64,000 nucleotides of DNA, from NCBI GenBank assembly GCA_963850905.1, contig CAWKMU010000003.1, forward strand, positions 1,664,001 through 1,728,000. Direction: 5' to 3'. The first letter of the stretch is position 1. Each line of letters opens with the position of its first letter. The position numbers and the translations under genes are program-made. Of this stretch, positions 35,458 through 45,955 are shown piece by piece. The stretch comes from an uncultured Gemmatimonadales bacterium. GTDB lineage: Bacteria > Gemmatimonadota > Gemmatimonadetes > Gemmatimonadales > Gemmatimonadaceae. Below the pieces are notes generated by a model. It saw only the letters and a program-made list of their open reading frames with translations. It did not search any database and was not told the origin of the DNA.

Positions 35458-35925
35458 GTGACCAAGCGGATGATCTTGGCGTTGCTCGCACTGGCCGGGC
35501 TCATGCTGTCGGCGTATCTCACGCTGTTCAAGCTTGGCTACATCGGCCATCTCGCGTGCGGCCTCGGCTCGTGCGAACGTGTGCAGACGAGTCGCTGGTC
35601 AGTGCTGTTCGGGATCCCGGTGGCGGCGTGGGGTGCCGCGTTCTACCTCGTGGTGCTGGCGACCGCAGTGGTGAGCACGCAGCCCAAATTCGCCGATGCC
35701 TCGCGCATCTCGTGGGTCCTTCTCGTCCTGACCGGCTGGGGAGTGCTGTTCTCGGCGTATCTGACATCAGTGGAGCTTTTCGTCATTCACGCCATCTGCG
35801 AGTACTGCGTGACGTCGGCAGTGCTCGTCACCGCGATGTGTGCCGTCGCCGCGTCAGATGTGCTGGCTTTCCGGCGAGTCTATACGCCAGAACCGGTCAC
35901 CAGGTCGGAACCGGCCACCGGGTAA
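35458..35925 (+). CDS. Vitamin K epoxide reductase (VKOR) family protein
   Basis: CGLGSCERVQTS, FGIPVA, CEYC in the last TM. Confidence 0.92.
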   Translation: MTKRMILALLALAGLMLSAYLTLFKLGYIGHLACGLGSCERVQTSRWSVLFGIPVAAWGAAFYLVVLATAVVSTQPKFADASRISWVLLVLTGWGVLFSAYLTSVELFVIHAICEYCVTSAVLVTAMCAVAASDVLAFRRVYTPEPVTRSEPATG

Positions 35926-35954
35926 TCGGCGAAAACGGGGCCGGTGCTGTTGGT

Positions 35955-36005
35955 GTCTACTTTCTACTTTCTGTAGGTCTGCTTTCTAGCGCGCCTAGCG
36001 CGCGC
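35955..36005. repeat. Single heptamer arm (ACTTTCT family) with terminal GC hairpin
   Basis: GTCT ACTTTCT ACTTTCT GTAGGTCT GCTTTCT AGCGCGCCTAGCGCGC. Confidence 0.65.
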
Positions 36006-36011
36006 AGCACG

Positions 36012-36398
36012 CTACGCGCGCTTTGCGCTCCGCTGTCGCGACTCGGCGTCGTTGAGGCGGAGTCGCGGCCGTAGGTCGTCGTCGGCCGCGGCGGTCAGTT
36101 GGTCGGCATCGCGTGGGCCACGCCGGGCGGCGACGAGGTCTTGGCCAATCGTGACTAGCGCTCGGGTCGCCACCGTGCTCGCAAGCGGCTCCGGGATGCC
36201 CATCACGCGGATATAGGTGTCGATCGCGCGGTCGAACGAGAGCTCTTCAGCCAACGTGTCGACAAACATGAGCGCGTTGTCGACATGCGCCCGGACCACG
36301 GACTCTTCCGCGCGCGCCTGGGCAAGCCGCAAGCGACGCTCGGCAGCGGGCGACAGCTTCCGCGGGAAGATCGATTCGGGAAACAGACGTCCGAACAC
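36012..36398 (-). CDS. Hypothetical protein
   Basis: 128-aa ORF; TATATT 7 nt upstream of GTG. Confidence 0.65.
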   Translation of the reverse strand: MFGRLFPESIFPRKLSPAAERRLRLAQARAEESVVRAHVDNALMFVDTLAEELSFDRAIDTYIRVMGIPEPLASTVATRALVTIGQDLVAARRGPRDADQLTAAADDDLRPRLRLNDAESRQRSAKRA

Positions 36399-36568
36399 GC
36401 GTTTCAATATAACGGCTGAGCTTAAGCGCCGCACTCGACCACCGCGGCCGCCAATTGATACCCTGACGCTGGACGCCGGCCGGGCGTCCTCGGCAACTCA
36501 TTGGGCGGGCGAGGCATACGTGCCCTTTAGCGGTCCTTCGCCTGGCCTGCGGGCCGCGAATGGCGACC

Positions 36569-38521
36569 TCAGCTCTCTAAGGCCTCGTATTGCTCCTTGA
36601 GGCCGGCCACCACGGCTGGGTCCGCGAGGGTCGTGGTGTCGCCGAGCGCGCGGCCCTCGGCGATATCCCGCAACAGTCGGCGCATGATCTTCCCGGAGCG
36701 CGTCTTTGGGAGATCGGCAGCAAACAGCACGTCGTCCGGCCGCGCGATCGCGCCGATTTTCTCCGCCACATGGCTGCGCAGCTCTTCGCGGAGACTCGGG
36801 GATGACTGCCGGCCTGCACGTAATGTGACGAATGCCGCGATCGCCTGGCCTTTGAGATCGTGGGTGCGGCCGACGACCGCCGCTTCGGCTACCGCAGGGT
36901 GGTCCACGAGTGCGGACTCGACTTCCATCGTGCCGATTCGATGTCCGGCCACGTTGAGTACATCATCGACTCGGCCGAGGATCCAGAAATACCCATCTTC
37001 GTCCCGCTTGGCACCGTCACCCGGGAAGTAGAGGTCCGCCCGTCCCGCCCATTTTGAGAAATACGTCTGCACGTACCGTGCATCATCGCCCCAGATCGTG
37101 CGCAGCATCGATGGCCACGGCCGGTCGAGCGCGAGGAAGCCACCACCGACGGCGATCTTCTCGCCGTTGCGATCGAGCAGGTCAGCCGAAAAGCCGGGCA
37201 ATGGCAACGTGGCGCTCCCCGGCTTGGTCTCGGTCAGGGCCGGCAGCGGCGAGAGCACGATGGCGCCCGTCTCCGTCTGCCACCAGGTATCGACGATCGG
37301 ACATCGGCCGCCCCCGATGCGATCGTGGTACCACATCCAGGCCTCCGGATTGATCGGCTCCCCCACCGTGCCCAGGAGACGCAGGCGTGAGAGATCGTGT
37401 TGGGCGGGATACTGGTCGCCCCATCGCATGAACGCCCGTATCGCGGTCGGCGCCGTGTAAAGAATGGTCACACCGAGTGATTCGCACAGCGACCAGTAGC
37501 GGTCCTTGTCCGGCCAGTCGGGCGCGCCCTCGTACATGACCGTTGTCGCGCCATTGGCGAGCGGTCCGTAGACCACGTACGAGTGCCCCGTGACCCACCC
37601 GACGTCCGCGGTGCACCAGTAGATATCAGTCTCGCGCAGATCGAATACGTCGCGGGTCGTCGCCGCGACGACCGTCAGATAGCCGCCGGTCGTGTGCACG
37701 ATCCCTTTGGGTTTGCCCGTCGTTCCGGACGTGTACAGGATGTAAAGCACGTCCTCGGCATCCATCTGCGCTGGCTCGCACTGGGCCGGCGCATCGCGCA
37801 TCAAATCATGCCACCAGACATCTCGTGGTGCCGTGAAGGGCGTCGACGGGTCGATGGTGGCCTGACGTTGCACGACGACAACTCGCTCGATCGTCGGGCA
37901 GCCCTCGATCGCCTTGTTGACGTTGCGCTTGAGCGGCACCGCCTGACCACGACGGAACCCGGTGTCCGCCGTGATGACGACCTTCGCCGATGCGTCGTTG
38001 ATTCGATCGCGCAGCGAATCCGGGCTGAAGCCGCCGAACACGACCGAGTGCACAGCGCCGATACGCGTGCAGGCCAGCATCGCGACCGCGACTTCGGGGA
38101 TGAGCGGGAGATAGATCGCGACACGATCCCCGCGTCGCACGCCGAGTCGCTGCAGCGCATTGGCGCAGCGGTTCACGTCGTGCGAGAGCTCGCCGTACGT
38201 GACCCGGCGTCGGTCTCCGGGCTCGCCCTCCCAGATGATCGCGACCTTGTCGCGTTTCGTCGCCAAATGGCGATCAATACAGTTGACGGAAACGTTCAGC
38301 TTCCCGCCGACGAACCATTTGGCGTATGGCGGACGCCAGTCGAGCACCTGACTCCACGGCGAGAACCACTCCAACTCATTCGCCCGAGACGCCCAGTAAC
38401 CTTCCAGATCGCTGGCTGCGCGAGCATACACGGCTGGATCCGCTACGACTGCGCCGCGGGCAAAGTCGGGCGGTGGGGGAAACCGCCGATTCTCCTGGAG
38501 GAGGACGTCAATGTCGTTCAC
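36569..38521 (-). CDS. acs: Acetyl-CoA synthetase
   Basis: [41 protein letters not shown]. Confidence 0.97.
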   Translation of the reverse strand: MNDIDVLLQENRRFPPPPDFARGAVVADPAVYARAASDLEGYWASRANELEWFSPWSQVLDWRPPYAKWFVGGKLNVSVNCIDRHLATKRDKVAIIWEGEPGDRRRVTYGELSHDVNRCANALQRLGVRRGDRVAIYLPLIPEVAVAMLACTRIGAVHSVVFGGFSPDSLRDRINDASAKVVITADTGFRRGQAVPLKRNVNKAIEGCPTIERVVVVQRQATIDPSTPFTAPRDVWWHDLMRDAPAQCEPAQMDAEDVLYILYTSGTTGKPKGIVHTTGGYLTVVAATTRDVFDLRETDIYWCTADVGWVTGHSYVVYGPLANGATTVMYEGAPDWPDKDRYWSLCESLGVTILYTAPTAIRAFMRWGDQYPAQHDLSRLRLLGTVGEPINPEAWMWYHDRIGGGRCPIVDTWWQTETGAIVLSPLPALTETKPGSATLPLPGFSADLLDRNGEKIAVGGGFLALDRPWPSMLRTIWGDDARYVQTYFSKWAGRADLYFPGDGAKRDEDGYFWILGRVDDVLNVAGHRIGTMEVESALVDHPAVAEAAVVGRTHDLKGQAIAAFVTLRAGRQSSPSLREELRSHVAEKIGAIARPDDVLFAADLPKTRSGKIMRRLLRDIAEGRALGDTTTLADPAVVAGLKEQYEALES

Positions 38522-38597
38522 GTGGGGAATTTGGGTATCGGCAGGGGGCGCGCGCTAGCGCGCCCGCGGCCGTAATCCTGTCGTTTACATTCCACGG

Positions 38598-39326
38598 GTG
38601 TCCGGACCAGGCAGTGTCCCGCTGGCCGTCGAGGCGCGGGGGTTAGGCCGTCGTTTCGCTGACCGGTGGGCCCTTTCGGGCATCGATCTCTCGCTCGCCG
38701 GCGGCGACTGCCTGGTCGTTTTCGGTCCCAATGGGGCGGGCAAGACGACCCTCCTCCGAGTCCTCGCAGGATTGCTCGAACCGTCGCTCGGGGCAGCCCA
38801 TGTCGATGGGATGCCCCTGCCGGGCGATGCCGAAGTTCGAGCCCGTGTGGGGTACATCTCGCACCACACGATGCTGTATCCCGCGCTGACAGCACTGGAG
38901 AACGTGGCGTTTGCCGCGCGCCTCCAGGGCCTGCGGTCGCCGCGCGACGCAGCGCTGAGCGCGCTCGCACGCCTGCGCGTCGCCGATCGGGCGCACACGC
39001 CGGTGCGTTTGCTCAGCCGCGGCCTCCAACAACGGGTCTCGATCGCTCGGGCGTTCGTCCACAACCCGCGCATCGTGCTCCTCGATGAGCCATATACGGG
39101 CCTCGACGCGGTCGGCGCGGCGGCGCTCTCGAGTGCCCTTCGGCAACTCAAAACCGCGGGTGCGGCCCTCGTGCTCGTAACGCACAACATCGAAGAGGGG
39201 CTGGCACTCGCAACGACCGTTGCGGTCCTGCACGAGGGGCGCTTCCTCCGTGCCGAGTCTCGAGGCGCGATCGACGCCGCGGCCTTCGGCGCCGAGTACC
39301 GCGCGCTCTTTGGCGTCGAAGGATGA
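38598..39326 (+). CDS. ccmA: Haem export ABC ATPase
   Basis: GPNGAGKTT, LSRGLQQR, LLDEPYTGLD; upstream of ccmBC. Confidence 0.88.
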   Translation: MSGPGSVPLAVEARGLGRRFADRWALSGIDLSLAGGDCLVVFGPNGAGKTTLLRVLAGLLEPSLGAAHVDGMPLPGDAEVRARVGYISHHTMLYPALTALENVAFAARLQGLRSPRDAALSALARLRVADRAHTPVRLLSRGLQQRVSIARAFVHNPRIVLLDEPYTGLDAVGAAALSSALRQLKTAGAALVLVTHNIEEGLALATTVAVLHEGRFLRAESRGAIDAAAFGAEYRALFGVEG

Positions 39327-40105
39327 GCCACTCCCTGGCGCCGATCCGTCCCGCGGAAGGTGAGCCGGTCCCTGTCGCGGCCGAATTCGCACCCATGCGA
39401 CTCGGGGAGCGACCGGCGCGATACCCAGCAACGCTGGCGGCGGCCTGGGTCATTGCGCGCAAGGACCTCACGGTCGAGCTTCGCACGCGATCCGCGTTTC
39501 TGTCGGCGGCGGTGTTCACGGTACTCGCCGCGGCCATCTTCTTCTACTCGTGGGACCCGACTGCGGTAACGGGAATCGATCTGGCTCCCGGCGTCATCTG
39601 GGTCATCTTCACATTCTCGGGCGTGCTCGGGCTGAACCGTTCGTTCGCAGCCGAGCTGTCCGACCGGGCGATTGATGGATTGCTCGGCGCGCCGATCAGC
39701 AGGGAAGCGGTCTTCCTCGGCAAAGCGTTTGCGAATCTCGTGTTCCTCCTGGGGGTCCAGACCGTTGCAGTTCCCGCGGTCCTGCTGTTCTACAACGGGT
39801 CGATCAGCGCGTTCGGTGCGGTACTGATCGCGGGCGTGACCATGCTTGCGGCAGTCGGACTGGTCGCCGTCGGTACCCTCTTCAGCGCGATGGCGGTGAA
39901 CACACGACTGGCGGAACTGCTGCTCCCGGTGATCACACTGCCGTTTCTGGTGCCTGTCGTCACCGCGGCGGCGCAGGCCACGGTCGTTATTCTCGCCGGA
40001 CGGTCGATCACCGGCGCGGTTGCGTGGCTGAAGATTCTCGCGGCGTACGACATTGTGTTCGTCGTGGCGTGCACATTGGCATATCCTTTCACGATTGAAC
40101 GCTGA
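39323..40105 (+). CDS. ccmB: Haem exporter protein B
   Basis: KDL.VELR, LAPGVIW, ELLLPV..LP..VP. Confidence 0.9.
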   Translation: MSHSLAPIRPAEGEPVPVAAEFAPMRLGERPARYPATLAAAWVIARKDLTVELRTRSAFLSAAVFTVLAAAIFFYSWDPTAVTGIDLAPGVIWVIFTFSGVLGLNRSFAAELSDRAIDGLLGAPISREAVFLGKAFANLVFLLGVQTVAVPAVLLFYNGSISAFGAVLIAGVTMLAAVGLVAVGTLFSAMAVNTRLAELLLPVITLPFLVPVVTAAAQATVVILAGRSITGAVAWLKILAAYDIVFVVACTLAYPFTIER

Positions 40106-40118
40106 GAGGCGGTGTGAA

Positions 40119-40907
40119 ATGGATGCGACTTCACAGTCTGAGCTTACAAGCATAGTGGTCCGCGATGCACGCGAGTCGTCGACCTCAGGGCGACTGTTCG
40201 GTTGGCTGTTCTGGATTGCAGTCGCCTGCGTCGCGGCCTCGGTCGTTCGAGACCTCGCGTTCACTCCCGAGGAGGCGCTTCAGGGCGCGGCGCAGAAAAT
40301 CCTTTATATCCACGCCCCAGCTGCCTTCACCGCTCTGTATCTCGCGTTCGCGCTCATGGCGGTTGCGAGCGTGCTGTATCTGTGGCTGCACGACCCCAAG
40401 CTGGATCGTGTCGCCGCGTGTGCCGCCGAGGTGGGGCTCGTGTTTACCACGGTGGTGCTGGTGACTGGTCCGCTCTGGGCCAGGCCAGTATGGGGGACCT
40501 GGTGGTCGGGGGACGCGCGCCTCACGGCGACCTTGTTTCTCTGGCTCATCATCCTGGCGTACCTGATTCTGAGGCAGGCCGTCGACGACCCGGCCCTCCG
40601 CGGCCGGTATTCCGCGGTCTTGGCCATCCTCGCGGGGCTGTTGATTCCGTTCATCCACCTCACCGTGTACCTGTTTCGGACGCTCCACCCCCAACCGATC
40701 TTTCTCAAGCCGAGCGCTCCATCGGCGCCGCCGGAAATGGCGATGACGTTTGCACTGGCGTTCGGTGCGTTCGCCTTGTTGTTCGCGGCGTTGCTCCGTG
40801 CACGCTATCGCCTCGCCATCATGATCGACGTGGCTGGGGCCGAAGCAAGCCTCCCATCCGCGCAGGCGCCGGCATCTTCAGCTGCACCCACGCGAGGGGT
40901 CCCGTAA
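40119..40907 (+). CDS. ccmC: Haem exporter protein C
   Basis: YIHAP, TGPLWARPVWGTWWSGDARL (WWD), RTLHP. Confidence 0.93.
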   Translation: MDATSQSELTSIVVRDARESSTSGRLFGWLFWIAVACVAASVVRDLAFTPEEALQGAAQKILYIHAPAAFTALYLAFALMAVASVLYLWLHDPKLDRVAACAAEVGLVFTTVVLVTGPLWARPVWGTWWSGDARLTATLFLWLIILAYLILRQAVDDPALRGRYSAVLAILAGLLIPFIHLTVYLFRTLHPQPIFLKPSAPSAPPEMAMTFALAFGAFALLFAALLRARYRLAIMIDVAGAEASLPSAQAPASSAAPTRGVP

Positions 40908-41062
40908 TGCCTCCGCAGAATGCGGGCTACATGTATGCAGCGTACGCGGCGGCGGGAATCATCTATGCCGGTTACGCGTTGTCGATCTGGTGGCGAGCTC
41001 GCAGAATCACGCGACGAAATCGACCGGGGCACGACGCGCCTTCCGCACATGGCGAACGCTGA
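40907..41062 (+). CDS. ccmD: CcmD-like small membrane protein (not called separately in ORF track)
   Basis: MPPQNAGYMYAAYAAAGIIYAGYALSIWWRARR; TAATG coupling to ccmC. Confidence 0.7.
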   Translation: MPPQNAGYMYAAYAAAGIIYAGYALSIWWRARRITRRNRPGHDAPSAHGER

Positions 41063-42704
41063 CCAGTCGTCCGCGGCCGCCCATCAGCCGCCGAATGCGG
41101 CGCGGCCCGGCACGGTGTATCTCGTCGGCGCCGGCCCGGGTGACCCGAGCCTGATCACGGTGCGTGCTTGGGAGTTGCTTGCCAGCTGCGATGCCATTGT
41201 GCACGACGCGCTGGTTCCGCGCGAGCTGTTGGCTGGCGATGCGCAGCTTCACTTCGTCGGGAAGCGAGGCGGCGACGAACGATCGGCTCGGCAAGAAGAC
41301 ATCAACGCCACGCTCGTTGACTTGGCGCGGTCGGGCAAAGCCGTCGTGCGACTCAAGGGCGGGGACCCTTTTGTCTTCGGGCGCGGCAGTGAGGAGGCGG
41401 AGGCTCTTGCCCTGGCAAACGTGCCGTTCGAGGTCGTACCCGGCGTGACGGCTGGCATAGCTGGTCCTGCATATGCGGGGATCCCCGTGACGCACCGAGG
41501 GATCTCGACGGCGGTGACGTTCGTGACGGGCAATGAAGATCCCGCCAAAGGGGGGTCGCAACTGGACTGGGACGCCGTCGCGCGGTCCGGCGCGACCATT
41601 GTAGTCTACATGGGAGTGCAGCGACTGCCGGAGATTGCCGCATCGCTCGAGCGCGCGGGCTTGAGCCCGGATACGCCGGCAGCGGCGATTCAGTGGGCGA
41701 CGACAGGCGCGCAACGAACCGTCGATGGGACGCTCTCGACGATCGTGCGCGAAGTGCGTGCCGCCAGCCTGGAGGCACCGGTCGTCACGGTGATCGGACA
41801 GGTGGTTGCGTTGCGCGACCGGATCCGCTGGTTCGATCGCTCGGAGATCCGTCCCCTGCTCGGGCGGCGCATCCTGGTGACCCGACCGGCGACACAGGCC
41901 AGCACCCTTACCGATTCGCTGCAGATGCTGGGCGCCGTCGTGCGAGAGTTGCCCGCGGTGCGCATCGAAAAACTCGATCCCGGTCCTCTCAGGGACGCTC
42001 TCGATCGGCTAAACGAATACAGGCACATCGTCTTCACCAGCCCAAACGCGGTGCGGATCGTGTGGGAAGTCCTCCTCCGCTCGGGCCGGGATGTCCGGGC
42101 CTTGTCCGGTCTCACCGTCAGCGCAATCGGACCCGCGACGAGCGACGCGCTGCTGACCCGCGGCATCACTGCCGACGTGACGCCATCGCAGTACGTCGCG
42201 GAAAGGCTCCTCGACGTGCTCTCGGAGCGCGCCGACCTGATGGGACGACGGGTGCTGTATCCGGCAGCGGCGGACGCGCGCGACGCTTTACCTGAGGGAC
42301 TGCGCCGCCTCGGGGCGAGCGTTGACGTCGTGGCCATTTATCGCTCGGCCGTCGATCCCGAGGGCGCCCGGCAAATGCGGGCCGTGGTCGCGTCGGACTC
42401 GGTCGACCTGGTGACGCTCGCATCAGGTGCGGCTGCACGGGCGTACGCAGACGCTTTGGGCCCCGACCTCGTGACGCGCGTGCCTGGTGTCTCCATCGGC
42501 CCTGTCACGTCCAAAGCGGCGCGAGATGCAGGAATTCCCGTCGCGGGAGAAGCGCATGTGTCGACGATACAAGGCTTGGTCGACGCCGTTGTCGCGCTGA
42601 CCGCCCGGGAAGGATCTGATCGGCGATCCGGCGCGCATCCGTCCCGGGCGAGGAGTGAGTCGGGTGCTGCGATCGAAGCTCCAACGCCTCGGCGAAGCTC
42701 GTGA
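41049..42704 (+). CDS. cobA: Uroporphyrinogen-III C-methyltransferase / uroporphyrinogen-III synthase fusion (CobA-HemD)
   Basis: VGAGPGDP, RLKGGDPFVFGRG, then ILVTRP, FTSPNAV, AIGPAT, SIGPVT. Confidence 0.93.
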   Translation: MANADQSSAAAHQPPNAARPGTVYLVGAGPGDPSLITVRAWELLASCDAIVHDALVPRELLAGDAQLHFVGKRGGDERSARQEDINATLVDLARSGKAVVRLKGGDPFVFGRGSEEAEALALANVPFEVVPGVTAGIAGPAYAGIPVTHRGISTAVTFVTGNEDPAKGGSQLDWDAVARSGATIVVYMGVQRLPEIAASLERAGLSPDTPAAAIQWATTGAQRTVDGTLSTIVREVRAASLEAPVVTVIGQVVALRDRIRWFDRSEIRPLLGRRILVTRPATQASTLTDSLQMLGAVVRELPAVRIEKLDPGPLRDALDRLNEYRHIVFTSPNAVRIVWEVLLRSGRDVRALSGLTVSAIGPATSDALLTRGITADVTPSQYVAERLLDVLSERADLMGRRVLYPAAADARDALPEGLRRLGASVDVVAIYRSAVDPEGARQMRAVVASDSVDLVTLASGAAARAYADALGPDLVTRVPGVSIGPVTSKAARDAGIPVAGEAHVSTIQGLVDAVVALTAREGSDRRSGAHPSRARSESGAAIEAPTPRRSS

Positions 42705-43732
42705 CCCCCAAGACCAAGCGCGCGGGTTCGACACCGAGCGCGACTGGCGCGACCGTTGTGAGGATCGGAACGCGCGCGTCGCAACTGGCGCTGAAACAGG
42801 CGCGACTCGTTCAGGAAGCGCTCGCCCGGCAGGGGCTCACGGGTGAGCTCGTGACGTTTACCACAACGGGCGACAAGCACCTCGACGAACCGTTGAACGC
42901 GATTGGTGCCAAGGGGTTGTTCACTCAGGAGCTGGAACGCGCGCTCGAGCGTGGCAAGATCGACTGCGCAGTCCATTCGCTGAAGGATCTGCCAACGGAT
43001 CTCGCGTCGGGTCTCGACATCGCTGCCGTGTTGCCGCGGGCGGATCCGCGCGACGTGCTCGTGCTGAGCAGCAGTGCCCGCGCGGTGGGCCTCGCCGACC
43101 TGCCGCGCGGATCTCGTGTCGGCACATCGAGTCTGCGACGCCGTGCACAGTTGTTGGCCACGCATCCCGACCTGGAGGTCGTCGAACTCCGGGGGAACGT
43201 GCCGACCCGACTCCGGAAGGTCGACGAGGGGCAAGTGCACGCAGCGATCCTCGCAGCCGCAGGACTGCTGCGGCTCGAGGCCACGCAGCACATCGCGGCC
43301 TACCTCGAGCCGCCGCAGTGGCTGCCCGCGGCAGGGCAGGGCGCGATCGCGGTCCAGGTCCGAATCGACGACTCGCGGACTCGTGAGAGCCTCGAGGCCC
43401 TCAACGACCTCCCGACGATGGCCGCAGTCCAGGCAGAGCGTGCGTTTCTCGCCGCGATGGATGGTGGATGTCAGGTCCCGGTTGGTGCACTGGTCATCGG
43501 CGCGGCCGGTGAGATTGGCGTGCATGCAGGGGGTGTCACGACTCCGGCAACCCTCCACGGTTTCATCGCCGACGTCGCGGGGCGTCGTGTAATCCGTGGG
43601 TCGCGTCGTCTGACTGACGATCCTTTTGCGTGCGGCCGGGCTCTCGCGGCCGAGTTGCGCGCACGGGGAGCCGAGGAGATCCTCGCTGGGCTCCGCAGTC
43701 TGCCACGCGTCGTGGCGCCGCAGCCGGAATAG
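42701..43732 (+). CDS. hemC: Porphobilinogen deaminase
   Basis: [44 protein letters not shown]. Confidence 0.96.
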   Translation: MTPKTKRAGSTPSATGATVVRIGTRASQLALKQARLVQEALARQGLTGELVTFTTTGDKHLDEPLNAIGAKGLFTQELERALERGKIDCAVHSLKDLPTDLASGLDIAAVLPRADPRDVLVLSSSARAVGLADLPRGSRVGTSSLRRRAQLLATHPDLEVVELRGNVPTRLRKVDEGQVHAAILAAAGLLRLEATQHIAAYLEPPQWLPAAGQGAIAVQVRIDDSRTRESLEALNDLPTMAAVQAERAFLAAMDGGCQVPVGALVIGAAGEIGVHAGGVTTPATLHGFIADVAGRRVIRGSRRLTDDPFACGRALAAELRARGAEEILAGLRSLPRVVAPQPE

Positions 43733-43740
43733 ATTTCGGC

Positions 43741-44730
43741 ATGCCTTCCTTCCCGTCGACACGGCCACGGCGTTTGCGTCGGACCCCTGCGCTGCGGCGC
43801 CTGGTGCGGGAGCACCATTTGGACGCCGCCCAGCTGGTCCTCCCGGTGTTTGTCCGCTCGGGTGCGGAGCGCCGCCAGCCGGTGCCGTCGATGCCTGGTG
43901 TCGCGCAAACATCGATCGACGAGATGCTGCGCGACGCCAGCGCGGCGGTGGAGGCGGGGGTTGGCGGGATCATGCTGTTCGGGCTTCCGGACCGAAAGGA
44001 CTCGATCGGATCAGAGGCGTGGGACGACCAGGGTGCGGTGCAACAAGGCCTGCGCGCGCTGAAGCGAGAGTTCCCGGAGCTCGTGACGATTGCGGATGTC
44101 TGCCTCTGTGAATACACCGACCATGGGCATTGTGGCGTGCTCAACGCGCATGACAGCGTGGACAACGACGCGACGTTGGAATTGCTCGCGCAGGTGGCAG
44201 TGTCCTACGCGCGCGCGGGTGTCGACGTCGTCGCGCCGAGCGACATGATGGATGGCCGCGTGCTGGCGATTCGCGACGCGCTCGATGCTGCCGGCTTTGC
44301 CGAAACGCCGATTCTCAGCTACGCCGCCAAGTACGCGTCCGCGTTCTACGGGCCCTTCCGCGAAGCTGCGGAATCGGCACCTCGGCAAGGCGACCGACGT
44401 GGCTATCAGATGGATCCGGCGAACGCTGACGAAGCAATCCGTGAGGTCAACCTCGACATCGAAGAGGGAGCGGACGCGATCCTCGTCAAACCGGCTGGGC
44501 CGTATCTCGATATCGTGCGGCGCGTGAAGACGGAGACGGGCTACCCCGTTGCCGCCTACCAGGTGAGCGGAGAGTACGCCATGATCTGCGCAGCTGCCGA
44601 GCGGGGCTGGATCGACCGCGAGCGGGTCGTGATGGAGTCACTGCTGGGGATCCGCCGGGCCGGGGCGGATTTCATTGTCACGTATTTCGCGACTGAGGCG
44701 GCCCGGGCGCTGGCGCGCCCGAGAGAGTAG
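43741..44730 (+). CDS. hemB: Porphobilinogen synthase
   Basis: [40 protein letters not shown]. Confidence 0.97.
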   Translation: MPSFPSTRPRRLRRTPALRRLVREHHLDAAQLVLPVFVRSGAERRQPVPSMPGVAQTSIDEMLRDASAAVEAGVGGIMLFGLPDRKDSIGSEAWDDQGAVQQGLRALKREFPELVTIADVCLCEYTDHGHCGVLNAHDSVDNDATLELLAQVAVSYARAGVDVVAPSDMMDGRVLAIRDALDAAGFAETPILSYAAKYASAFYGPFREAAESAPRQGDRRGYQMDPANADEAIREVNLDIEEGADAILVKPAGPYLDIVRRVKTETGYPVAAYQVSGEYAMICAAAERGWIDRERVVMESLLGIRRAGADFIVTYFATEAARALARPRE

Positions 44731-44827
44731 AACCACAGTAAGTAGAGAGTAGACGACTGCAAAAGACCGGTGTCGTGGTCTACTTTCTACTTTCTGAGCT
44801 TCTACTTTCTCGGGCGCGAGGCGCCCG
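44704..44827. repeat. Inverted heptamer-arm element (AGARAGT family) with terminal CGGGCGC hairpins
   Basis: CGGGCGCTGGCGCGCCCG AGAGAGT AG... / ...ACTTTCT ACTTTCT ... ACTTTCT CGGGCGCGAGGCGCCCG. Confidence 0.85.
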
Positions 44828-44848
44828 CGGCCCCAGACCCGCCGTTTC

Positions 44849-45955
44849 ATGCGCTACCGCACCTTTCCCAACACCACCGTCACCGCCAGTGAAATCGGCT
44901 TCGGCACCTGGACGCTCGCGACGGGGTGGTGGGGCGAGAAGAGCGACGCCGAGGCCGTCGCGATGTTGCGGGAGTCGCACGACAGCTTCGGAGTTACGTT
45001 CTTCGACGCGGCTGACGCGTACGGCAATGGTCGCGCGGAGCGCCAGCTGGCCGAAGCATTCCGCGGGCAACGTCACGCGATGGTCTACGCGACGAAGGTG
45101 GGGTACGACATTTACGACGAGGCCGCGCAACGTGCGCGTCGCGGTCAGGCTGAATTGCCGATGCGGACTGACCCGGCATACATCCGGCTTGCGGTCGAGC
45201 GTTGTCTCGAACGGCTGGAGACGGACTACATCGACGTCTTGCAGATCCATAACGCCAAAATGGAGCACGTCCGCGATCCGCTGGTTTGGGACACGCTCCG
45301 CGACCTCCAGCGGGAGGGCAAGATCCGCGTTTGGGGGGCGGCGTTCGGCCCGGCGATCGGGTGGCTCTACGAAGCGGTCGAGCTGTGTGAGCGGGAACCC
45401 GACGTCGGCGCAATCCAGATGATCTGGAACATTCTCGAGCAGCATCCCGGAACGGCCATGATCGCTGCAGCCCGGCAGCACGCGCCGCACTGCGCGTTCA
45501 CGATCCGGGTGACGCACGCGTCCGGAATGCTCGAAGGGAAGTACACCGAGGACACCGTCTTTCCCGCAAACGACCATCGGCGCCACCGGCCGCGGTCGTG
45601 GTTGGTCAATGGCGTCCAGAAGACGCGAACACTCGATTTCTTGACCGCGCGGATGACGCTTGGGCAAGCGGCTCTCAAGTGGCTGCTCGCCGACCCGCTC
45701 GTCGTCTCGACTCTGCCCAACATTTACGATAGCGACCAGTTGCGGGAGTTCGCAGAGGCGAGCGATCAACCAGATCTCGCGTCCGAACAGCTCGAGCGTG
45801 TCGCCGCGTTGGCAGCGCGCAACTTCGGGTTGGACGAGCCTCCGATGAGCTACAAGGGCACCATGGAGCGGATCGAGAGCGTGTCGGGCTACGGAGTCAA
45901 CTCGCCGTGGTCGGGCGGTTCGGCCGGCTCTGCCGAGGACCGAAGGAGTACGTAG
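44849..45955 (+). CDS. Aldo/keto reductase
   Basis: SEIGFGTW, FDAADAYG, ATKVG, LERLETDYIDVLQIH. Confidence 0.92.
   Translation: MRYRTFPNTTVTASEIGFGTWTLATGWWGEKSDAEAVAMLRESHDSFGVTFFDAADAYGNGRAERQLAEAFRGQRHAMVYATKVGYDIYDEAAQRARRGQAELPMRTDPAYIRLAVERCLERLETDYIDVLQIHNAKMEHVRDPLVWDTLRDLQREGKIRVWGAAFGPAIGWLYEAVELCEREPDVGAIQMIWNILEQHPGTAMIAAARQHAPHCAFTIRVTHASGMLEGKYTEDTVFPANDHRRHRPRSWLVNGVQKTRTLDFLTARMTLGQAALKWLLADPLVVSTLPNIYDSDQLREFAEASDQPDLASEQLERVAALAARNFGLDEPPMSYKGTMERIESVSGYGVNSPWSGGSAGSAEDRRST

Noticed and set aside
38546..38566. GGGCGCGC-GCTA-GCGCGCCC hairpin as a terminator
   Set aside because: It lies between divergent genes and has no U-tract; it may be a remnant of the CGGGCGC terminal hairpin but is too short to call
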